A program made the position numbers and the translations under genes. Below are positions 55,127 to 64,000 of a stretch of 64,000 nucleotides of DNA, piece by piece (position 1 is the first letter of the stretch; each line of letters opens with the position of its first letter). The notes under the pieces are model-generated. The model made no database searches. It was not told where the DNA came from and saw nothing but the letters and a program-made list of their open reading frames with translations. Location: contig OZ024742.1 of the NCBI GenBank assembly GCA_964016885.1, positions 268,708,001 to 268,772,000 on the forward strand, written 5' to 3'. Source of the DNA: Eledone cirrhosa. Its lineage: Eukaryota.

Positions 55127-58100
55127 TTTTCTTTATTAACCACAAAGGTTTACATAAAGTAGACATTAAGGACAGTACAGGACAATACAGGACGGTACAA
55201 ATGGGCATTTCTGCGTGTAAAAAAACAGAGGTTGAAATAAAATAACAAAGAAAAATTCCCCAATAGGGGGGAGACTTCCGAGGGACATTTGTTGAGAAAG
55301 CCATTAAAAGACCACAGTGACCCTGACCACCAGGGCAAGTGCCCTCTCCCAGTTTTCCACCCTTAATTTACAGACACATACTCAGAGAAGGCCCATTCAT
55401 TCGGGCCATACTTGCTTCACACCCATCTTTCAACAAAATGTTGGGAAGAGAGCACTTCCCTCTCTACCCTGATTTTCCTTTTCAAATGAAATTTGAAAAA
55501 AGTTAATCAGGACATCACCGAAGAGGTAAGTGCTCGTCTTCAGCCCTTTCAAACGTGTCCACCATACTATCTCTTTCGCCATGGCCACCAGACAGATAAA
55601 AACTGCCTGCCCTTCCCGGCTAAAGGAAGGGGGCGGGGCAATCCTCACGATGGAGTCAGCTGATAGCTGGATCCGTCCTACACGTGACAGCAGGTGTTCG
55701 ACATAAACCCACAAGTCAGCAATGCTCGGACACTGGACGAGTGCGTGCAGGACGGTTTCGTCGCCCTGCGCGCATCTCGGAAATGCCCGGCTGACGGCAC
55801 CTCCATGCCTGTACAGTTTATCCCGAAATGGCAAAGCTCCTCGGTAGCACTGCCAGGCCAGGGATTTCTGGAAGTTGTCCATAGGCCCCGGCCCGAAAGT
55901 CCTTCTGAAGAGATTGGCTAGTTGATTTTCGTCGACGCCTAGAGTTTCTCCAAGTACGTCGTCGCTCTTCCCCTCCACTAATCCCCTATAGAACGCCAAG
56001 GTGGAGTTTCCACCGATCACATTGCCCGATTGGTCGATGGCTGTGAGCGCCTGAAGACATTCCAGTCTACAAGCGCTCCCTCTCGGTCTTCGCTTGACCC
56101 AGGACTGCAGCTCCGTCAAGGAGACGAGCTGGGGAAAAACGTGTCTAGCAAACGGCGACCACACCTGATCACCGTCGAGGAAGAGTTGGAGATGTCGTAG
56201 CCTGAGCGCGTGTCTGCGCATCATCAGCCACGGTATGCCCAGCCCTCTACGTAGCGGGTGTTGACAGCAGATGGACCGCCTGACCATCGGAGCGCGTCCC
56301 TTCCACAAGAAGCGAAAGAGCAAACGCTCCAGCGCAGTCAGGCGGGGCTTAGGACAAGGTACGACGGTCAGGCGGTAGTAGATGACGGACGCGATGTACG
56401 CGTTAGCCACCTCCGCTCGGCCTTTGAGGGATAGCTTCCTCTCCGCCCATTTCTGGATGAGAGAAGCCACCCTGCTTGTCACCTCGTCCCAGTTTTTGTC
56501 CATCTGGAGGTCGGGACCGAATCATACCCCTAGCAATTTAACCGTTCCGTCCGTCTAGCGCCCGACGACTCTGTTGGATGGCATGGACCTGCCTCTCCAT
56601 GTGCCGAGCTGCAGGCCCACTGACCTTTCCTGGTTGATCATTGCTCCTGTCACCGCTTCGTTTTCTCTTAGTATATTGCCGATCTCCTCGATGGGTTTGG
56701 TGTTCGTCACCACTACGGTGTCATCGTCCGCATATGCTGACACGGATCCTTCGCTTCCTAGTTCGCGCGGGATGCCCCTCAACGTCTCCAGTTTGTGCAG
56801 TAATGGCTCGAGAGTCAATACGTACAAGAGAGACGAGAGGGGACACCTTGGCGGACCGAGCGCATGATGTTGAAAGGTTCAGAAATTTGACCTAGCTACC
56901 CTCTCTACGATGTATCACATGAGGTGGAGGTTGTCGTTGTTGGATCTGCCAGGAATGGCGCATGTCTGCACCTCTCCCACCAGACCACCAACGGTAATCG
57001 CCAACCTCTTTGCTAGCATCTTGTACAAAATATTGAACTCTGTGTTTAGCAGTGTTATAGGCCTGAAATTATCTACGTTATCCCCCATGTTCGGATACTT
57101 TCTCAGCAGCGCCACAGCTCCTCGGCTCACAGAGCTGGGAATTCTCCCGTTCTGTTGCCAGTTGCAGTAGACGTCCGCCAAGAGGCCTCCGAACAAGTAT
57201 GGCATATGTACGTAAAGTTCATAGGGCAGACCATCCAAAGCTGGCGATTTACCCCTTGCGCAGCCAGTCATTGTCTCCCGTACTTCAGCGGCTGTTATCG
57301 GCTTTTCACAACACTCCGCCTCAGTGGCCGCTGCACCCGATAAACTGTGCGAAGTGTCGCTGAAAAGCTTCACACATTTGCACGAGATCGAGTAGCATGT
57401 GCCCGTCGTGGTTCACCAAAGACCGGATCGTGGCATTATTGCCACGACGCGCCTCCGCCACTCGGGCCCATTGAACGGCTTTCGTCTCCTCGTGTCTGAG
57501 AGCACCCACTAGCTCTGACAACGCAGTGTTCGTGCTTTGCATTGAAGAATTGGTGAAGGGCCAATTTTGCCGCAAGTACATCGATCGCGATGCCTTGCTA
57601 GGCGCCTCGTCTAATTTTCTAACTAATTCTCCTTCTGCTCTATTTTTCTCCATTGCTAAAGCCTTACTAAACCTAATGTACACTATTCTAATTGTTCTTT
57701 TCAGAGCAAACCACCACTTGTTTTGACGATGTCCCCCGTCAACGCCCGCTTAACTAGTTCGCTAATCCCGTCTCTGTAGGCGTTGCACGCTGGTAAGGAC
57801 GCGTTTAGCTTCCAGTAGCCGGCTCCTCGTCTATGAAGCCTAAGTCAAGCACACAGATCACGAAATTGTGGTCCGTGTTGCTGATTATCTTGAATTGTGG
57901 ACAGCCTATGCTAGACCTATCTATTTCTCTACAAAATACTCTATCTAGATATTATCTGGATGACCCTAAGCGATTTATCCAAGTCAACATTGGCACATTC
58001 CGGAAATCCAATCGGTACCTGTCAGACAGTTCAAAACGCCTGAGCAGGTTGGTGAGTCTCTTGCACCCTCCTCCCATATCTGCTAATCCCACACAGTCCC

Positions 58101-58599
58101 AGCGTGCATCTAAGATCCCGTTCCAGTTGCTAACTAACACTAAAGAGCGGGACGTTCCAAGAAAAGGGCTCCAGATGCCTGAAGAAATCAAGCCACCTGC
58201 TCCTGTCGGGGAATAGACGGCCCTAGCCTGAAAGCTTGCCCTTCTCCGCTGGTCACGTCCAGCACCACCAACTTACCTTCTGGGTCCAGGAAAATGGCCC
58301 GTATGGCAAGATCCAAACCTCTCTGAAAAAGCACAGTAACTCCTCCTCCCGATCCCGGACGGCTGGGAGATGCGTACACATCGTAGCCGCCAAAGATCGG
58401 TGCGAAGGCCCGTGATTCGGAGATTATGGTCTTGCTTATGGCCACTACATCTATATTTAGTGACCTGAGGTCGTTGAGCAGGTGGCCCTGCTTCCATTAC
58501 GACCCCGAACCACGCGTATTTATGCTGCCTATTCTGAGTGAGGTCATGTTGAAATGGAGTGGAAAAGATGGGAAAGAACACATACCTTACTTCTCGTAG
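55126..58599 (-). mobile_element. Tx1-like copy 2 (ORF2 and 3' UTR; ORF1 missing; internal deletions near 56885 and 57335)
   Basis: Colinear with 46891-50590. Confidence 0.9.
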
Positions 58600-61195
58600 T
58601 GCAAGAATTCTGGGAAAAGATCTGGGCCGAAGAAAAAGTTCATAATATACATGCCCCATGGATAGACAGACAAATGAAAGATACAGCTCACCTTGAGGAA
58701 CAAATATGGGAAAATATAACAGTTGAAGAGTTGCGCTTGGCTCTTAGAAAAACCAGCAAATAGAAATCCCCAGGAAAAGACAAAATACCAAATTTTTGGA
58801 TAAATGCCTTCGCAGAGTCTCATGACCTGTTAGCCCAACTTTACAATGAAATAGTGTAGGAGCCAGAAAAGATACCATCATGGCTAGTTAACGGCATTAC
58901 ATTCCTGCTTCCGAACAATGATGAGACAAACAATCCCAAAATTACAGACCGATAACTTGCTTCACCACAATGTATAACATTTTAACATCAGTCCTAACTG
59001 AATATACATATGACCACCTGATAACAAATGACCTATTTCCCATTGAGCAGAAAGGGTGTAAACGAGGCTCATATGGCTGTAAGCATCAGCTTTTGGTTAA
59101 CAAAATGATACTGGAAGATTGTCATAATAGACATAAAAAATCTATCAATTGCTTGGATAGATTATAAAAAAGCATTCGATAGTTTGCCACACAGTTGGAT
59201 TGAAAAATGTTTAGAGATTTTCAAAATATCTCCCGTTGTCAGGAGGTTTTTGTCATTCAGTATGAAGACATGGAAAACGACACACCTTTTGAATAGTGAA
59301 ACAAAATTACTGGAAGCTGGAGAAGTTAATATTAATTGTGGAATTTTTCAGGGTGACTCTTTATCAACGTTTTTATTCTGCATCGCACATATACCATTAA
59401 GTAAAATGCTCAATGAAACAAAACATGGATATAAAGTCGATGACAAAAACATTAATCACTTGTTCTACATGGATGACCTGAAACTATTTGCAAAAAATGA
59501 TGAACAATTACAAGGGCTATTATCCACTGTGGAGCAGTTCAGTGATGACATTAAAATGTAGTTTGGACGAGATAAATGCGCCAAAGCAACGTTCACCAGA
59601 GGAACGCTGCTGAAAACTTCAGACATTAATCTTGATCGGGGGAATATGATAAGAGAACTTGATCAAGAGGAAACATACAAATATCTAGGTGTTTGTGAAG
59701 GAGACGGAATTAAGCACTCGACAATGAGGTAAAGGAAAAGGAAGGAATGTTACCGCAGAGTAAGAGCAATCTTAAGAACGGAATTGAATGCAAGGAATAG
59801 GATCGATGCCATAAACACGCTTGCCATACCAGTAGTAACCTATAGTTACAATGTCATCAACTGGTCAAGCACAGAGATCCGTAGGCTCGATACAAAAATT
59901 CGAAAATTCTTAACGATGCACAGAAGGCATCACCCTAAGGCAGATACAGATATAATATATCTCCCTAGGAAAGAAGGAGGACGTGGGTTTTGCCAGTTAG
60001 ACATTGTGTTGAAAATTGCAATAATTGGATTATCCACATATCTAAGGGAATGACATGATTGGATGATCAAACTCGTTTTGAAACATGAAAGCATCAAAAG
60101 AACATACTCCGTTACAAAAGATGCACAAAGATACAGTAATGGACTAGACATTTCAGAAGTCCCATTTACTGCTGAAATGGAAAACACAGAAAAAGCAAAG
60201 CAGGTAATAGTAACTGCAAAGAAAGAACTGCTACAGAATCTGGCTAAGAAATGGCAAGGAAAGCCTCTGTATGGAAAATACCCAGAAAGAGCTAACAATC
60301 CTGATATTGACAAAACTTTAACCCATCATAGGTTGGCATCCTCTGCACTGAAATCGGAGACTGAAGGTCTGATTATATCAGCACAAGATCAGTGTCTGCC
60401 AACAAAAAATTACCAAGCCAACATAATTAAAAATGGATGCAGCCCATTATGATGTGTATGTAAAAAACAACCAGAGACCATTGACCATATAATTTCAATG
60501 TGCAGTCCTATAGCTCCAACCGAATACCTAAACAGGCATGACAGAGCTGCGCAATACATACAATGGATAATGTGTAAGCATTTTGACCTGCCCCATCAAA
60601 AGAATTGGTGGGATCATCAACCACCTCCCATACTTGAAAAAAATCACATCTCAATCTTGTGAAACTTTAGCATCCAAACAGACCGAAAAATAGATGCAAA
60701 TAGACCTGATATAATACTGAAGGACTTTTAAAAGAGGGTATGCCTGCTAATTGATATGTCCGTTCCAATAGACAAGAATGTATCTATAAAAACATTTGAA
60801 AAATTGAGCAAGTATAAGGACCTGGAGAACGAAATTGGAAAAATGTGGAAATTGAGAACTAAAACAATACCAGTTGTTGTAGGCGCTCTAGGAATGATAC
60901 CTCAGGGGTCTAATGATTACTTATCGCAAATCCCAGGAAACCCGCGTATAGGAGAAATACAAAAGATAGTACTAATGGGAACTGCCCATATACTAAGGAA
61001 GATTCTGTCAATATAAGTACATCCCAAGTCTAAACACCTAAAGATGCATGTGTGAGTATGTATGTTCTTTCTTGAACATGACGGACCTTGTTGTCTCTTG
61101 AGGTCACTGATTGTGACTTGGTGATAACTCGTATGAACATAAACAAGATAAATGCAGCTGTAATAATAATAATAATAATAATAATATTAATGATG
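58600..61195 (+). mobile_element. 5'-deleted R4/Dong-like family A copy with (TAA)n tail
   Basis: Colinear with 39762-42320; multiple stops. Confidence 0.9.
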
Positions 61196-62146
61196 ATTTT
61201 TTTTTTATTGGCCACAAGGGCTGACATCAAGAAAAACATTGCAGACGGCACATGATGGTACAGTACGGTACGATGTGGGTTTTGTTCGTGTAAAGATTTT
61301 TATTATTTCTGCGTGTAAAAAAAAAAAAACAACAGAGGATGTAACAAAAAAAGGAACAATGAAAAATTCGACAATAGGCGGGAGACATCTGAGGGCCATC
61401 GTAGAAAAAGCCCATTAAAAAAAGTCACAGTGACCCTGACCACCAGGGCAAAAGCCCTCTTCCAGTTTTCCACCTTCAATTTAAAGGCACGTACTCATTC
61501 GGGATATTCTTGACTCTCTCACCCATCTTTCAACAAAATGCTGTGAAGAACGCACTTCCCTCTCTACCCTGAATTTCCTTTTCAAATGAAATTTGAAAAA
61601 GTAAATCAGGGCGTCACCGAAGAGGTAAGTACTCGTCTTCAGCCCTTTCCGACGCGTCCACCACACTATCTCTTTCGCCATGGCCACTTGAAAGATAAAA
61701 ACTGCCTGTCCTACCCGGCTAAAGGAAGAGAGTGGGGTAATCCTCACGATGGTCTCAGCTGATAGCCGGATCCGTTCTACACGCGACAGCAGGTGTTCGA
61801 CATAAACACACAAGTCAGCAATGCTCGGACCCTGGACGAGTGCGTGCAGGACGGTTTGGTCGTCCTGCGCGCATCTCGGACATACCCGGCTGACGGCACT
61901 TCCATGCCTGTAGAGTTTATCCCGAAGTGGCAAAGCTCCTCGGCAGCACTGCCAGGCCAGGGATTTCTAGAAATTGTCTAAAGTTCTTCCGAAGAGATTG
62001 GCTAGTTGATTTTCGTCGACGCCTAGAGTTTCCCCAAGTACGTCGTCGCTCTTCCCCTCCACTAATCCTCTATAGAACGCCAAGGTGGAGTTTCCACCGA
62101 TCACATTGCCCGACTGGTCGAGGGCTGTGATCGCCTGAACATATTC
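61196..62146 (-). mobile_element. Tx1-like 3' fragment (copy 3)
   Basis: LPLRDKLYRHG..CPRC..QTVLHAL; related 3' UTR. Confidence 0.85.
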
Positions 62147-62149
62147 CTA

Positions 62150-64000
62150 ATGGTTTCTTTATTGGCCAGAATGCCTAACATGAAGAAAAACATTAGAGAC
62201 GGCACAGCATAGTACAGGACGATACAATGTAGGTTTTGGTCGTGTAAATATGTTATAACAACATAAAAATCGGGATAGAAATCAAAAATTCAAGCAACAA
62301 AAGTTCCCCAAGATGGGTGAAACCTCCGAGGATCACTCATGGTGAAAACTACACAAAAGACCACGGCCACTCTGACTACCAGGGCAAGCGCCCTCTCTAA
62401 CTTTTTCCACTTCTCAGTCTACAGGCACATACTCAGAGCGGGCCCGTTCACTCGGACCAGACGCGCCAGTTTCACCCACAGCTTCACGCCAGTCTCACCA
62501 TATCAACAAACTTACTAGAGGACAGCACTTCCATCTCCACCCTGATTTTCCTCTTCAAGTGAAACTTGAAAAAGTTAATCAGGCATTGGCCGGACAGAAA
62601 TGTGTCCGTCTTCAACCCTTTCAACCATATCCTCCACACATTCTCTTTCGCCATGGCCACCAGGCATGTGGAAACTGGCTGCCCTTCCTCCCCATTAAAG
62701 GAGGATGCCCGGGTTATCTGCACAATGGACTCAGTCAATAACCAGATCCGTCCTACACGCGACAGCAGCTGTTCGACATGGCTCCACATGTCAGCAATCC
62801 TCGGGCACTGAACGAGTGCGTGCAGGACGGTTGTCGCCCTGCGCGCATTCTCAGACAGGTTCGGCTGACTGCACCTCCGTGCCTTTAGAACTTATTCCAA
62901 AGCTGCCATGCCAGATATTTCTGGAAGTCGTCCATAGTCCTCGGTCTGAAATTTCTCTTGAAGAGTGCGAACAGCTGATCGTCTTCGACGCTCAGGGTCT
63001 CCCGGAGAACGTCGTCGCTCTTTTCGTCCACTAGCCCCCTATAGGATGTTCCACCGATACTAGTGCCTAGCTGCTAAAGCTAGTGAGTGCTTGGAGACAT
63101 TCCAGCTTCCAAGTGCTATCCCTCGGCCTTTTCCTGATCCAGGACAGCAGCTCCGTCAAGGAGACGAGCTGGGGAAAAGCGCGTCTGGCAAACGGCGACC
63201 ACACTTGTTCACCGTCAAGGAAGCACCAGAGATGTCGCAGCCTCAGCTCATGTTTGCGCTGAGGCTGCGGTATGCCTAGTCTTCCATGCAACGGCTGCGG
63301 TATGCCTAGTCTTCCATGCAACTGGTGTTGACAGCAAATGGATCGTCTGAACATGGGTGCACGGCCATTCCACAAAAAGTGGAAGAGAAGGCGCGACATT
63401 TTGGTCAGATTTGGGCGGGGGCAAGGTACGACAGTCAGGCGGTAGCAGATGACGGACGTGAGTACGCATTCGCCACCTCCGCCCGACCTTTCAGAGGCAG
63501 CCTCATCTCGGCCTCATTTCTGGGTGAGAGAGGCCACCTTGCTCGTCACCTCGCTCCAGCTTTTCTCCATCTGGAGGTCCGGACCGAACTAGACCCCGAG
63601 CAATATATCCGGTCCTTCCGTCCATTGCCCACAACGCTGTCGGACGGCATGGACTTGCCTCTCTAGGTGCCGAGTTGCAAGCCCAACGGCTTTTTCTGGT
63701 TTATCTTTCCTTCTGACACCGCTTTGTATCCCTTGATATTGGTGTCGTGCATCTGGACGTGTTTAGTGCTCGACACCACCACGGTGACGTCGTCAACGTA
63801 AGCTGACACAGATCACCCACATCCCACTTCGCGTGGGATCCCCTTCATCGTCTCCATTTTTTGCTGTAACGGATCGAGGGCCACTACGTACAAGAGGGAT
63901 TAGAGGGGGCAACCCTGGCGGACCGAGCGCATGATGCTGAAATGCTTGCGACAGGTGACCATTCACCCTCACAATCGAGCAGATGTCGCTGTGCATCGCA
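62150..64000 (-). mobile_element. Diverged Tx1-like subfamily copy (RT C-half to 3' UTR; continues beyond the window)
   Basis: Similar to 47000-48700 (VRQGCPL, AYVDDVTV, FLWNGRAPM, FFKFHLKRKIRVE). Confidence 0.85.

Noticed and set aside
43437-63666. ORFs antisense to the LINE coding regions
   Set aside because: They are shadow frames with no independent motifs.

Overview
This is AT-rich eukaryotic DNA, most likely cephalopod (Octopus-like). That assignment is inferred from the very dense (TA)n/(CA)n/(TAA)n tracts, a SINE, and an RTE LINE with a (GAT)n tail. I could not identify a host protein-coding gene; the window is almost entirely retroelements, in two zones. Zone 1 (1-35 kb) has (TA)n/(CA)n microsatellites hosting Penelope-like elements (PLEs): three Naiad-like copies, two copies of a second PLE family and one old fragment. 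It also holds about eight short non-coding elements (0.2-2.4 kb) built as partial tandem repeats or hairpins. Most carry a recognisable minimal type-I hammerhead ribozyme (HHR). Several otherwise dissimilar families share a CTCC...GTCGAG motif, and one end of the element typically lies 3-7 nt upstream of the CTCC. The near-complete Naiad copy obeys the same rule. Together this suggests a retrozyme-like system mobilised by a Naiad RT/GIY-YIG and targeting (TA)n. Zone 2 (35.6-64 kb) is a (TAA)n hotspot. Two R4/Dong-like RLE LINE families lie on +, and an L1/Tx1-like APE LINE lies on -, meeting them tail-to-tail across TAA tracts. All alignments and RNA folds were done by eye; no searches or folding programs were run.
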